Below, one piece after another: positions 1-14,400 of a stretch of 64,000 nucleotides of DNA (position 1 is the stretch's first letter; every line of letters begins with the position of its first letter). This stretch comes from Eledone cirrhosa (lineage: Eukaryota), in NCBI GenBank assembly GCA_964016885.1, contig OZ024745.1, positions 5,332,001 to 5,396,000 on the forward strand, in the 5' to 3' direction. The translations under genes were made by a program, and so were the position numbers. A model generated the notes under the pieces. That model did not search any database. It saw only the letters and a program-made list of their open reading frames with translations, and was not told where the DNA came from.

Positions 1-1050
1 GTACACCACACTCCCTCCATAGAACCACGCACGCCCTTCTCTCCCCGCTCCACCCACACCCCCGCTCCACACTCACTCATCCCACTAACACCCCTACTAA
101 TACACACACACACACACACACCCTCCTCACACCAACTTTCACACCTACCCATCCTCGCCCTTCTGACCACCTGCCAGCACCAACAGACCACAGCACTCCC
201 ACTGCTGACCACTTCCTGTTGCGCGCGCACCCCACATCTCTCCTCTTCCGACCACCGCTTCATGGATTACCCACACGCAGAAATTGACTTATAACCAATC
301 CTCCTAACAACCTTGGAACTTACCAACTTTTCAACCATCCTCTTACACCATCACCTATATAACTCACCCACACACACACCCCCAAAAAATTTTTTTCTCC
401 ACACGCCACCCACACCCACAACACGCTTAAACCCCACACACACGTGCTTCCCACCACATATTTACACCCTCAGCCTCCTGATTCCTCTCCCCCCACCCCC
501 TATCCACACACGCACAGACACTCCGACCCACAAAAACACCCCCCACACACACCTCTTCCTGAACATGCAACCCCGTTCTTCCCCCAACCCTTACTTTCAC
601 ATACACACACACACACGCACACCTACACACACACACCACCTTCAGCCCTCCCCGCTCGGACACCCCGTCTCCCTCTCCCCACTCCACCCGCCACCACCCC
701 TACTCACCCCACACCCTTCCACCACCTGTTTACCCCCCTTTTAATTTCAGTTTATTTTGATCATGCCTTTATTTTTAAATTTTCTCATTCCTTGTATTTT
801 GATCATGCTTTACTTTTATTTTTTATCTTTATTTGTTAATTTTTCATTCGCACCGTTTCCTTTCGCTATATGTCTCTCCACCACTCCCTTACACACCCTT
901 TGAACTCTGTTCCCACACACTTCTCACCTGAGGAAGGGCTTATGCCCGAAACGTCGTCCCCCACCTACACCCCCACTCTCCTGAGCGTGAAACTAATAAA
1001 CATTTATTGTACTGCCTCTCTGTTTTGTCCCTGTTCAAATTTTGCCATTA
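1..1050 (+). mobile_element. Probable 3' region (pseudo-LTR) of a Penelope-like element: C/A-rich tract, hammerhead core, AATAAA, then (TA)n
   Basis: CTGAGGA-AGGGC-TTAT-GCCC-GAAACGTC at 928-955, AATAAA at ~995, then a TA/CA microsatellite. No coding part lies in the window. Confidence 0.5.
926..957 (+). ncRNA. Minimal type I hammerhead ribozyme motif
   Basis: Core CUGAGGA, stem II GGGC/GCCC with UUAU loop, GAAA, palindromic ACGU stem III and GUC triplet. Stem I is only 2 bp. Confidence 0.55.
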
Positions 1051-1472
1051 TATATACACATATATATATACATACATACACACACATTCAACACAGAGAA
1101 AGGAGTTTAGCAACAGGTCAGTCACCTTAGTGTAGATAGGGTAATGACTTATGTGGTGGTGGTGGTGGTGGGTCTGATTGTAGACGTTATTGTGGTGGCG
1201 GGGGGGCAGTGAAATGTATCAAGTTTATAGTTCACTTGTCCCTTTTCCTCTCTTTTCAAAATTTTAATTTATGGCCATTTTGCAATGGGGTTAAGTAAAC
1301 GTAAAATGTAAAATTTAAATAGAGATTGCTCTGGAAAAATATATGGAATATTTCTGTAGCTTCCACAGCTTTTTGACAGAACATTTCCCCGGAGTCCAAT
1401 CAGCAAATATTTTGTTGTATTTTGATCTTTCAGAATACGAAAATTAATAAAAACTTACCCCCACGAAAAACA

Positions 1473-1495
1473 GTGTGTTGTCCGATCTATGAGCT

Positions 1496-1581
<86 letters not shown>

Positions 1582-1605
1582 AGCTCATAGATCGGACAAC
1601 ACACG

Positions 1606-1662
<57 letters not shown>

Positions 1663-1679
1663 AGCTCATAGATCGGACA

Positions 1680-1728
<49 letters not shown>

Positions 1729-1775
1729 CACATGAGCTCTATGAGCTCCCTATATATATATATATATATATATCG
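1473..1775. repeat. 26-bp motif GTGTGTTGTCCGATCTATGAGCTCCC in inverted and direct copies separated by (TA)n tracts
   Basis: Forward copy 1473-1498, reverse-complement copies at ~1579-1604 and ~1659-1685, partial copy at ~1733-1750. Confidence 0.85.
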
Positions 1776-1830
1776 GCACATGGCTTAGTGGTTAGTGGTT
1801 AGAGCATTGGGCTTGCAATCAAAAGGTTGC
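1775..1830 (+). mobile_element. tRNA-derived SINE head fragment
   Basis: GGCACATGGCTTAGTGGTTAG...TTGCAATC matches the 5' end of the SINE at 47563. Confidence 0.7.
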
Positions 1831-1866
1831 AATCAAAAATTGCTCCTGCATTAATTGTGAAGGTTT

Positions 1867-2029
1867 CAATCTATCACTCCAAGAACATGAGAGTGGTGAG
1901 TGCTACAATCTATCACTCCAAGAACATGAGAGTGGTGAGTGCTACAATCTATCACTCCAAGAACATGAGAGTGGTGAGTGCTACAATCTATCACTCCAAG
2001 AACATGAGAGTGGTGAGTGCTACAATCTA
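1867..2029. repeat. 39-bp tandem repeat, ~4 copies (CAATCTATCACTCCAAGAACATGAGAGTGGTGAGTGCTA)
   Basis: Identical tandem copies are directly visible. Confidence 0.95.
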
Positions 2030-3125
2030 GGATTAAAACACTTTAGAAAGAGAAAAATAAAACTTACATCAATTTTTCTTTAAATTCATTCTTAAAACAT
2101 CTGTTTAGTTTCTTATAAACCCTTAAGAGCTAGTGCGGTTGCCCTTTACAAATGTAGCTTCTAGCTTGACTTAGATGTCCATTCTTCCAGACATCTATAC
2201 AGTTTATGTACATATATATATTTCAAATTATTAGATGTTTGTTGTTGGTGTTATGGATATTGTTTTTAAAAGCTATTTTAACAATATTATTGTAACCCTG
2301 ATGTTGTCTGTCATGGCTTACTAACTCTATACGGACGTATTAATTGATCAAATAAATAAATATGTTGTCATGTACAAATAAAGTAGTGAACCTCATAAAA
2401 TAGCAAGACAAAGTAGTTGGAAGTATTACTGATAGTCACAATCTCTTGTGCTGGACGGAAGTGTAAAAAATATAAACTCATCAGATAAAATACAAAAGTT
2501 GTTTTACAGATAGTGACATATTCAAGACAAGAACTTATCATTTTGAGTTCTGTTTGAATAGTATATTATATAAATATTTAATGTGTTAGTGTCCACTCTA
2601 ATTTCCTTCAGTTGGTATCGTAATGATGCTGACTTAATTAAATTATTGAGTAGGAAAATGAAGGTGTATTGGTCCTATTTGATAGCTTTGTTTCGGTATT
2701 ATAATAATATCAGGTATGAATCGAAGTTGTAGCTGCCATATAACAGGTACTAATTGAGTTGTTTGAGGCAATCACAAATCACTCAATAGATTGGTATGTT
2801 GATACATTGTCGTCTAGAGTAGACACAACAGTTAACAAGTGTAACACCAAAGGCAGTGGTCATACACATATACCACAACAATGATAAATATATATATATT
2901 TATATATATATATATAATTATATAAAATATCAATGTTTTTGTAATTCTCCAAGAGAGTTCCTTAAAATCTCATTAAACACACATTGAGAGTTTATCCATG
3001 TTTAAACATGTGACATTAGAGATGTATAGTGGAGAGGAAATAAACTGAAATCATTGTTAAAGTGACGCTTCCCAAGGTCAGTTAACGTTAGATTTTATTG
3101 GTTGTTTTAAAACATTTAAAAACTA

Positions 3126-3332
3126 ATGTATATACTTGAATATAATCCCAGGAATATGCGATTAAACAATTGATGGTAGAAGGGGATCGGCTTATATTTA
3201 AGGTTATTATTTTGACAATTTTCACCAACTTCAAATTCTACCTAAATAAGGTTTGGATTTTTGTCTATTTCTCAGACATAAAATACTGGTGTTGGTTTAT
3301 ATTCATATCAGCTTATATTTGAGTATATACTG
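3126..3332. mobile_element. Degenerate pogo/Tigger-like MITE
   Basis: Terminal inverted repeats GTATATACTTGAATATAA ... TTATATTTGAGTATATAC flanked by TA. Confidence 0.5.
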
Positions 3333-4544
3333 TATTTAAAAAAAAACATCTTGTTGTCTATTGTAATTCTTCATTATCATAGTTTGACTGGTTCAGTGAA
3401 GTTAAGCTTTTACATAAATTGTTGAGACAGATATTGTTGTAGTTGCTTATTTCTTGATATAATTCTGCTATAAAGTGAGATTGGTATTTTCTAGTGAAAT
3501 TGGGTTCTTATATATCTAATGTCATGTAGTTTCCAATATCATTCTAAGATTTTGTACAGTCTTCTAAGTAACCAATTATTTGAACTCTTCAAATAACTGT
3601 TCCATCTAGAATGTCCCTGAGTTTGTGTTTAAACAATCTCAATCAGAAGTTTTTACAGGATAATGAAGTATCTTCTAAAACGTATCGTAGAACGTTTATT
3701 CAATGAAATAAATAGAAGAAGCATTCTTCATCCATTCTTGACACAAACAAATGTAACATATACCATGAAATGAATGAATTTAATGTTAGCTTCCAGTTTA
3801 TAGACCTGAATTGTATCTTTCTGCAAGTATTCTGTTGAGTTCTTGGCCCAGATACACAACTGATTTACTGACATTAATATATCAGTAGTAACGTAGTCTA
3901 CTACAACCCATCCAACACTTGGGAAAATGGACATTAAATGATGATCATTCTGAATTGGTGTTTTTCATTTGCCATTTAGTCCTTGTCTTAAAGTACCAGA
4001 CACATTATCTTTATTTATTACAGTAAAGAGATTGTCAAAACTATATTTCTCTATTTTTAGACTGTTGATTTGTTCCAATTGAAAATATAAAATTTGTTAT
4101 AGATATTTTATTTGAACTTTTACTAGTTTTTCTAATTACTGGTGTTATCATTATGGATCTTCTGTTTATCTGTCGCTGGCCTTTTGTCCTTTTCACTTTC
4201 ATTTATTTTCCGTTCAAAAAGAAAGTGGTTTCATCTTCTGTCATTTTTCATTTGCTTCACTGAATAAGCCTAAAAAAATAATAATGATAAATAATAAAAT
4301 CGTTAGTGAAGTAAACTTCTCTTTCTTCTTTTATGATAGAAATGTAGAAATGTAATATCACAGTTTACATGATCCACCTCTCATTTACAAAGGGTTTTAG
4401 CAGAATTGGTCCTTGTCTCATTTGAATGTCTGTGTTGTATAATTGAAGTTTGGGGATCAAGAAGGAAACAAGGAAGAAAAAGGGGGAAAATAATAAAGAA
4501 GACAAGAAGAAACGGGATCAGAAAAATTACAAACTCAATCACAC

Positions 4545-4931
4545 ACCACAACGACAACAAGAGGTGCTAGAGCCTCCCTCTAATAACTGTGACTCATTGT
4601 GACTTTGTTGGATGTGCAATGTAAGAGAAAAGAAGAGCTTGGATGAACTGAGGGAGAAACAGGGTTTAAGAGGAATCCAGAGTGGTGTGCAAGATTGGTA
4701 CAGACATGTGATGTGTATAGCTGATGATTGATGGGTGAAGAAGTGCAGGAAATACTATTGGAAGGAAGCCACAGTAGAGGTAGACTGAGAAAGACCTGGA
4801 CAGAAGTGGTGAGAGCTGACCTCAAATCACTGAAACTCTCAGAGGAGATGATGAAGAAATATGGTGAGTGGAGAGATGTTGTGCTGAGAAGGACACATGC
4901 AAGCGTGGAAAAATGGATGTAAAAATGATGA
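4545..4931 (+). mobile_element. Decayed 3' fragment of an RTE LINE
   Basis: EGSHSRGRLRKTWTEVVRADLKSLKLS resembles GNRGVGRPKMTWDEVIKADLTQLHLS of the LINE at 57152. It ends in the shared tail CATGCAAGCGTGGAAAA..ATGATGA. Confidence 0.8.
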
Positions 4932-5476
4932 CACCCCCCTGTGCTACAAAAATATCTTATCTGACAGTTCAGTAACTGCTTAAGTGAAAGAGACTTTGTT
5001 ACCATATTTCTAATGAAAGACACTGCTTATGGTTTTCAAATAATTCTGCAAATAAACAAATCTGGTGGGATTTAGGATATATAACTAACTTTCTCATCAA
5101 GCTGGTCTTTGGAGCATAACTTAACAAAGGTTCTTACATAAAATTATGATGAAAAGTTTTTAGATAAATATAAACACTTCAAAATAAACAGCTTTACATT
5201 GTAGAACCTGAAGTGGTGTTGGACAGTTTGCTGTCAAAATGGTTAAAGAACTAATTAAATGTGCATCACCAGAAAATTATTTTCTATAACCAGAAACAAA
5301 GCATGATGGCATGTTATGTTTCAAAGAAAAGAAATCTGGTTATATTTTAGAAACTGTTGGGATTTTTAAAAAATCTAACCAAAATATATTGTACTAGTCT
5401 CCTTTGAAACCTTTGGTCTTAGCACTGACCTCTTCCTTGAACCAGTCGCCTTTGAAACCTTTAGTGCCAGCACTAC

Positions 5477-8400
5477 CGAAGCAGTGTAACAAACTGTAAC
5501 AATATCTAGTGTGTTAGTGTTACTGAAGCAGTGTAACAAACTGACTGTAACAATATCTAGTGTTACTGAAGCAGTGTAACAAACTGACTGTAACAATATC
5601 TAGTGTTACTGAAGCAGTGTAACAAACTGACTGTAACAATATCTAGTGTTACTGAAGCAGTGTAACAAACTGACTGTAACAATATCTAGTGTTACTGAAG
5701 CAGTGTAATAAACTGAGTGTAACAATATCTAGTGTTACTGAAGCAGTGTAACAAACTGACTGTAACAATATCTAGTGTTACTGAAGCAGTGTAACAAACT
5801 GACTGTAACAATATCTAGTGTTACTAAAGCAGTGTAATAAACTGACTGTAACAATATCTAGTGTTACTGAAGCAGTGTAACAAACTGACTGTAACAATAT
5901 CTAGTGTTACTAAAGCAGTGTAATAAACTGACTGTAACAATATCTAGTGTTACTGAAGCAGTGTAACAAACTGACTGTAACAATATCTAGTGTTACTGAA
6001 GCAGTGTAACGAACTGACTGTAACAATATCTAGTGTTACTGAAGCAGTGTAATAAACTGACTGTAACAATATCTAGTGTTACTGAAGCAGTGTAACAAAC
6101 TGACTGTAACAATATCTAGTGTTACTGAAGCAGTGTAATAAACTGACTGTAACAATATCTAGTGTTACTGAAGCAGTGTAATAAACTGACTGTAACAATA
6201 TCTAGTGTTACTGAAGCAGTGTAATAAACTGACTGTAACAATATCTAGTGTTACTGAAGCAGTGTAATAAACTGACTGTAACAATATCTAGTGTTACTGA
6301 AGCAGTGTAATAAACTGACTGTAACAATATCTAGTGTTAGTGAAGCAGTGTAACAAACTGACTGTAACAATATCTAGTGTTACTGAAGCAGTGTAATAAA
6401 CTGACTAACAATATCTAGTGTTACTGAAGCAGTGTAACAAACTGACTGTAACAATATCTAGTGTTACTGAAGCAGTGTAATAAACTGACTGTAACAATAT
6501 CTAGTGTTACTGAAGCAGTGTAATAAACTGACTGTAACAATATCTAGTGTTAGTGAAGCAGTGTAACAAACTGACTGTAACAATATCTAGTGTTACTGAA
6601 GCAGTGTAACAAACTGACTGTAACAATATCTAGTGTTACTGAAGCAGTGTAATAAACTGACTGTAACAATATCTAGTGTTACTGAAGCAGTGTAACAAAC
6701 TGACTGTAACAATATCTAGTGTTACTGAAGCAGTGTAATAAACTGACTGTAACAATATCTAGTGTTACTGAAGCAGTGTAATAAACTGACTGTAACAATA
6801 TCTAGTGTTACTGAAGCAGTGTAACAAACTGACTGTAACAATATCTAGTGTTACTGAAGCAGTGTAATAAACTGACTGTAACAATATCTAGTGTTACTGA
6901 AGCAGTGTAATAAACTGACTGTAACAATATCTAGTGTTAGTGAAGCAGTGTAACAAACTGACTGTAACAATATCTAGTGTTACTGAAGCAGTGTAACAAA
7001 CTGACTGTAACAATATCTAGTGTTACTGAAGCAGTGTAATAAACTGACTGTAACAATATGTAGTGTTACTGAAGCAGTGTAACAAACTGACTGTAACAAT
7101 ATCTAGTGTTACTGAAGCAGTGTAATAAACTGACTGTAACAATATCTAGTATTACTGAAGCAGTGTAATAAACTGACTGTAACAATATCTAGTGTTACTG
7201 AAGCAGTGTAACAAACTGACTGTAACAATATCTAGTGTTACTGAAGCAGTGTAATAAACTGACTGTAACAATATCTAGTGTTACTGAAGCAGTGTAATAA
7301 ACTGACTGTAACAATATCTAGTGTTACTGAAGCAGTGTAATAAACTGACTAACAATATCTAGTGTTACTGAAGCAGTGTAACAAACTGACTGTAACAATA
7401 TCTAGTGTTACTGAAGCAGTGTAACAAACTGACTGTAACAATATCTAGTGTTACTGAAGCAGTGTAACAAACTGACTGTAACAATATCTAGTGTTACTGA
7501 AGCAGTGTAACAAACTGACTGTAACAATATCTAGTGTTACTGAAGCAGTGTAACAAACTGACTGTAACAATATCTAGTGTTACTGAAGCAGTGTAACAAA
7601 CTGACTGTAACAATATCTAGTGTTACTGAAGCAGTGTAACAAACTGACTGTAACAATATCTAGTGTTACTGAAGCAGTGTAATAAACTGACTGTAACAAT
7701 ATCTAGTGTTACTGAAGCAGTGTAACAAACTGACTGTAACAATATCTAGTGTTACTGAAGCAGTGTAACAAACTGACTGTAACAATATCTAGTGTTACTA
7801 AAGCAGTGTAATAAACTGACTGTAACAATATCTAGTGTTACTGAAGCAGTGTAACAAACTGACTGTAACAATATCTAGTGTTACTAAAGCAGTGTAATAA
7901 ACTGACTGTAACAATATCTAGTGTTACTGAAGCAGTGTAACAAACTGACTGTAACAATATCTAGTGTTACTGAAGCAGTGTAACGAACTGACTGTAACAA
8001 TATCTAGTGTTACTGAAGCAGTGTAATAAACTGACTGTAACAATATCTAGTGTTACTGAAGCAGTGTAACAAACTGACTGTAACAATATCTAGTGTTACT
8101 GAAGCAGTGTAATAAACTGACTGTAACAATATCTAGTGTTACTGAAGCAGTGTAATAAACTGACTGTAACAATATCTAGTGTTACTGAAGCAGTGTAATA
8201 AACTGACTGTAACAATATCTAGTGTTACTGAAGCAGTGTAATAAACTGACTGTAACAATATCTAGTGTTACTGAAGCAGTGTAATAAACTGATTGTAACA
8301 ATATCTAGTGTTAGTGAAGCAGTGTAACAAACTGACTGTAACAATATCTAGTGTTACTGAAGCAGTGTAATAAACTGACTAACAATATCTAGTGTTACTG

Positions 8401-11400
8401 AAGCAGTGTAACAAACTGACTGTAACAATATCTAGTGTTACTGAAGCAGTGTAATAAACTGACTGTAACAATATCTAGTGTTACTGAAGCAGTGTAATAA
8501 ACTGACTGTAACAATATCTAGTGTTAGTGAAGCAGTGTAACAAACTGACTGTAACAATATCTAGTGTTACTGAAGCAGTGTAACAAACTGACTGTAACAA
8601 TATCTAGTGTTACTGAAGCAGTGTAATAAACTGACTGTAACAATATCTAGTGTTACTGAAGCAGTGTAACAAACTGACTGTAACAATATCTAGTGTTACT
8701 GAAGCAGTGTAATAAACTGACTGTAACAATATCTAGTGTTACTGAAGCAGTGTAATAAACTGACTGTAACAATATCTAGTGTTACTGAAGCAGTGTAACA
8801 AACTGACTGTAACAATATCTAGTGTTACTGAAGCAGTGTAATAAACTGACTGTAACAATATCTAGTGTTACTGAAGCAGTGTAATAAACTGACTGTAACA
8901 ATATCTAGTGTTAGTGAAGCAGTGTAACAAACTGACTGTAACAATATCTAGTGTTACTGAAGCAGTGTAACAAACTGACTGTAACAATATCTAGTGTTAC
9001 TGAAGCAGTGTAATAAACTGACTGTAACAATATGTAGTGTTACTGAAGCAGTGTAACAAACTGACTGTAACAATATCTAGTGTTACTGAAGCAGTGTAAT
9101 AAACTGACTGTAACAATATCTAGTGTTACTGAAGCAGTGTAATAAACTGACTGTAACAATATCTAGTGTTACTGAAGCAGTGTAACAAACTGACTGTAAC
9201 AATATCTAGTGTTACTGAAGCAGTGTAATAAACTGACTGTAACAATATCTAGTGTTACTGAAGCAGTGTAATAAACTGACTGTAACAATATCTAGTGTTA
9301 CTGAAGCAGTGTAATAAACTGACTGTAACAATATCTAGTGTTACTGAAGCAGTGTAACAAACTGACTGTAACAATATCTAGTGTTACTGAAGCAGTGTAA
9401 CAAACTGACTGTAACAATATCTAGTGTTACTGAAGCAGTGTAACAAACTGACTGTAACAATATCTAGTGTTACTGAAGCAGTGTAACAAACTGACTGTAA
9501 CAATATCTAGTGTTACTGAAGCAGTGTAATAAACTGACTGTTACAATATCTAGTGTTACTGAAGCAGTGTAATAAACTGACTGTAACAATATCTAGTGTT
9601 ACTGAAGCAGTGTAATAAACTGACTGTAACAATATCTAGTGTTACTGAAGCAGTGTAATAAACTGACTGTAACAATATCTAGTGTTACTGAAGCAGTGTA
9701 ACAAACTGACTGTAACAATATCTAGTGTTACTGAAGCAGTGTAACAAACTGACTGTAACAATATCTAGTGTTACTGAAGCAGTGTAACAAACTGACTGTA
9801 ACAATATCTAGTGTTACTGAAGCAGTGTAACAAACTGACTGTAACAATATCTAGTGTTACTGAAGCAGTGTAATAAACTGACTGTTACAATATCTAGTGT
9901 TACTGAAGCAGTGTAATAAACTGACTGTAACAATATCTAGTGTTACTGAAGCAGTGTAACAAACTGACTGTAACAATATCTAGTGTTACTGAAGCAGTGT
10001 AATAAACTGACTGTAACAATATCTAGTGTTACTGAAGCAGTGTTACAAACTGACTGTAACAATATCTAGTGTTACTGAAGCAGTGTAACAAACTGACTGT
10101 AACAATATCTAGTGTTACTGAAGCAGTGTAATAAACTGACTGTAACAATATCTAGTGTTACTGAAGCAGTGTAACAAACTGACTGTAACAATATCTAGTG
10201 TTACTGAAGCAGTGTAATAAACTGACTGTAACAATATCTAATGTTACTGAAGCAGTGTAACAAACTGACTGTAACAATATCTAGTGTTACTGAAGCAGTG
10301 TAATAAACTGACTGTAACAATATCTAGTGTTACTGAAGCAGTGTTACAAACTGACTGTAACAATATCTAGTGTTACTGAAGCAGTGTAATAAACTGACTG
10401 TAACAATATCTAGTGTTACTGAAGCAGTGTAACAATCTGACTGTAACAATATCTAGTGTTACTGAAGCAGTGTAACAAACTGACTGTAACAATATCTAGT
10501 GTTACTGAAGCAGTGTAATAAACTGACTGTAACAATATCTAATGTTACTGAAGCAGTGTAACAAACTGACTGTAACAATATCTAGTGTTACTGAAGCAGT
10601 GTAATAAACTGACTGTAACAATATCTAGTGTTACTGAAGCAGTGTAACAAACTGACTGTAACAATATCTAGTGTTACTGAAGGAGTGTAATAAACTGACT
10701 GTAACAATATCTAGTGTTACGGAAGCAGTGTAATAAACTGACTGTAACAATATCTAGTGTTACTGAAGCAGTGTAATAAACTGACTGTAACAATATCTAG
10801 TGTTATTGAAGCAGTGTAATAAACTGACTGTAACAATATCTTGTGTTACTGAAGCAGTGTAACAAACTGACTGTAACAATATCTAGTGTTACTGAAGCAG
10901 TGTAACAAACTGACTGTAACAATATCTAGTGTTATTGAAGCAGTGTAACAAACTGACTGTAACAATATCTAGTGTTACTGAAGCAGTGTAACAAACTGAC
11001 TGTAACAATATCTAGTGTTATTGAAGCAGTGTAACAAACTGACTGTAACAATATGTAGTGTTACTGAAGCAGTGTAATAAACTGACTGTAACAATATCTA
11101 GTGTTACTGAAGCAGTGTACCAAACTGACTGTAACAATATGTAGTGTTACTGAAGCAGTGTAATAAACTGACTGTAACAATATCTAGTGTTACTGAAGCA
11201 GTGTAACGAACTGACTGTAACAATATATAGTGTTACTGAAGCAGTGTAATAAACTGACTGTAACAATATGTAATGTTACTGAAGCAGTGTAACGAACTGA
11301 CTGTAACAATATATAGTGTTACTGAAGCAGTGTAATAAACTGACTGTAACAATATCTAGTGTTACTGAAGCAGTGTAATAAACTGACTGTAACAATATCT

Positions 11401-14400
11401 AGTGTTACTGAAGCAGTGTAATAAACTGACTGTAACAATATGTAGTGTAACTGAAGCAGTGTAATACACTGACTGTAACAATATCTAGTGTTACTGAAGC
11501 AGTGTAATAAACTGACTGTAACAATATCTAGTGTTACTGAAGCAGTGTAATAAACTGACTGTAACAATATCTAGTGTTACTGAAGCAGTGTAATAAACTG
11601 ACTAACAATATCTAGTGTTACTGAAGCAGTGTAACAAACTGACTGTAACAATATCTAGTGTTACTGAAGCAGTGTAATAAACTGACTGTAACAATATCTA
11701 GTGTTACTGAAGCAGTGTAATAAACTGACTGTAACAATATCTAGTGTTAGTGAAGCAGTGTAACAAACTGACTGTAACAATATCTAGTGTTACTGAAGCA
11801 GTGTAACAAACTGACTGTAACAATATCTAGTGTTACTGAAGCAGTGTAATAAACTGACTGTAACAATATCTAGTGTTACTGAAGCAGTGTAATAAACTGA
11901 CTGTAACAATATCTAGTGTTAGTGAAGCAGTGTAACAAACTGACTGTAACAATATCTAGTGTTACTGAAGCAGTGTAACAAACTGACTGTAACAATATCT
12001 AGTGTTACTGAAGCAGTGTAATAAACTGACTGTAACAATATGTAGTGTTACTGAAGCAGTGTAATAAACTGACTGTAACAATATCTAGTGTTAGTGAAGC
12101 AGTGTAACAAACTGACTGTAACAATATCTAGTGTTACTGAAGCAGTGTAACAAACTGACTGTAACAATATCTAGTGTTACTGAAGCAGTGTAATAAACTG
12201 ACTGTAACAATATCTAGTGTTACTGAAGCAGTGTAACAAACTGACTGTAACAATATCTAGTGTTACTGAAGCAGTGTAATAAACTGACTGTAACAATATC
12301 TAGTGTTACTGAAGCAGTGTAATAAACTGACTGTAACAATATCTAGTGTTACTGAAGCAGTGTAACAAACTGACTGTAACAATATCTAGTGTTACTGAAG
12401 CAGTGTAATAAACTGACTGTAACAATATCTAGTGTTACTGAAGCAGTGTAATAAACTGACTGTAACAATATCTAGTGTTAGTGAAGCAGTGTAACAAACT
12501 GACTGTAACAATATCTAGTGTTACTGAAGCAGTGTAACAAACTGACTGTAACAATATCTAGTGTTACTGAAGCAGTGTAATAAACTGACTGTAACAATAT
12601 GTAGTGTTACTGAAGCAGTGTAACAAACTGACTGTAACAATATCTAGTGTTACTGAAGCAGTGTAATAAACTGACTGTAACAATATCTAGTGTTACTGAA
12701 GCAGTGTAATAAACTGACTGTAACAATATCTATTGTTACTGAAGCAGTGTAACAAACTGACTGTAACAATATCTAGTGTTACTGAAGCAGTGTAATAAAC
12801 TGACTGTAACAATATCTAGTGTTACTGAAGCAGTGTAATAAACTGACTGTAACAATATCTAGTGTTACTGAAGCAGTGTAATAAACTGACTGTAACAATA
12901 TCTAGTGTTACTGAAGCAGTGTAACAAACTGACTGTAACAATATCTAGTGTTACTGAAGCAGTGTAACAAACTGACTGTAACAATATCTAGTGTTACTGA
13001 AGCAGTGTAACAAACTGACTGTAACAATATCTAGTGTTACTGAAGCAGTGTAACAAACTGACTGTAACAATATCTAGTGTTACTGAAGCAGTGTAATAAA
13101 CTGACTGTTACAATATCTAGTGTTACTGAAGTAGTGTAATAAACTGACTGTAACAATATCTAGTGTTACTGAAGCAGTGTAATAAACTGACTGTAACAAT
13201 ATCTAGTGTTACTGAAGCAGTGTAATAAACTGACTGTAACAATATCTAGTGTTACTGAAGCAGTGTAACAAACTGACTGTAACAATATCTAGTGTTACTG
13301 AAGCAGTGTAATAAACTGACTGTAACAATATCTAGTGTTACTGAAGCAGTGTTACAAACTGACTGTAACAATATCTAGTGTTACTGAAGCAGTGTAACAA
13401 ACTGACTGTAACAATATCTAGTGTTACTGAAGCAGTGTAATAAACTGACTGTAACAATATCTAGTGTTACTGAAGCAGTGTAATAAACTGACTGTAACAA
13501 TATCTAGTGTTACTGAAGCAGTGTAACAAACTGACTGTAACAATATCTAGTGTTACTGAAGCAGTGTAACAAACTGACTGTAACAATATCTAGTGTTACT
13601 GAAGCAGTGTAATAAACTGACTGTAACAATATCTAGTGTTACTGAAGCAGTGTAACAAACTGACTGTAACAATATCTAGTGTTACTGAAGCAGTGTAATA
13701 AACTGACTGTAACAATATCTAGTGTTACTGAAGCAGTGTAACAAACTGACTGTAACAATATCTAGTGTTACTGAAGGAGTGTAATAAACTGACTGTAACA
13801 ATATCTAGTGTTACGGAAGCAGTGTAATAAACTGACTGTAACAATATATAGTGTTACTGAAGCAGTGTAATAAACTGACTGTAACAATATCTAGTGTTAT
13901 TGAAGCAGTGTAACAAACTGACTGTAACAATATCTAGTGTTACTGAAGCAGTGTAACAAACTGACTGTAACAATATCTAGTGTTATTGAAGCAGTGTAAC
14001 AAACTGACTGTAACAATATGTAGTGTTACTGAAGCAGTGTAATAAACTGACTGTAACAATATCTAGTGTTACTGAAGCAGTGTACCAAACTGACTGTAAC
14101 AATATGTAGTGTTACTGAAGCAGTGTAATAAACTGACTGTAACAATATCTAGTGTTACTGAAGCAGTGTAACGAACTGACTGTAACAATATATAGTGTTA
14201 CTGAAGCAGTGTAATAAACTGACTGTAACAATATGTAATGTTACTGAAGCAGTGTAACGAACTGACTGTAACAATATATAGTGTTACTGAAGCAGTGTAA
14301 TAAACTGACTGTAACAATATCTAGTGTTACTGAAGCAGTGTGATAAACTGACTGTAACAATATCTAGTGTTACTGAAGCAGTGTAATAAACTGACTGTAA

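Noticed and set aside
313-839. Pro/His/Thr-rich ORFs
   Set aside because: Artefact of C/A-rich low-complexity sequence
3500-4275. Minus-strand host exon after an acceptor-like TTTTTTTAG at ~4270
   Set aside because: All three frames stop within a few codons and no protein is recognisable
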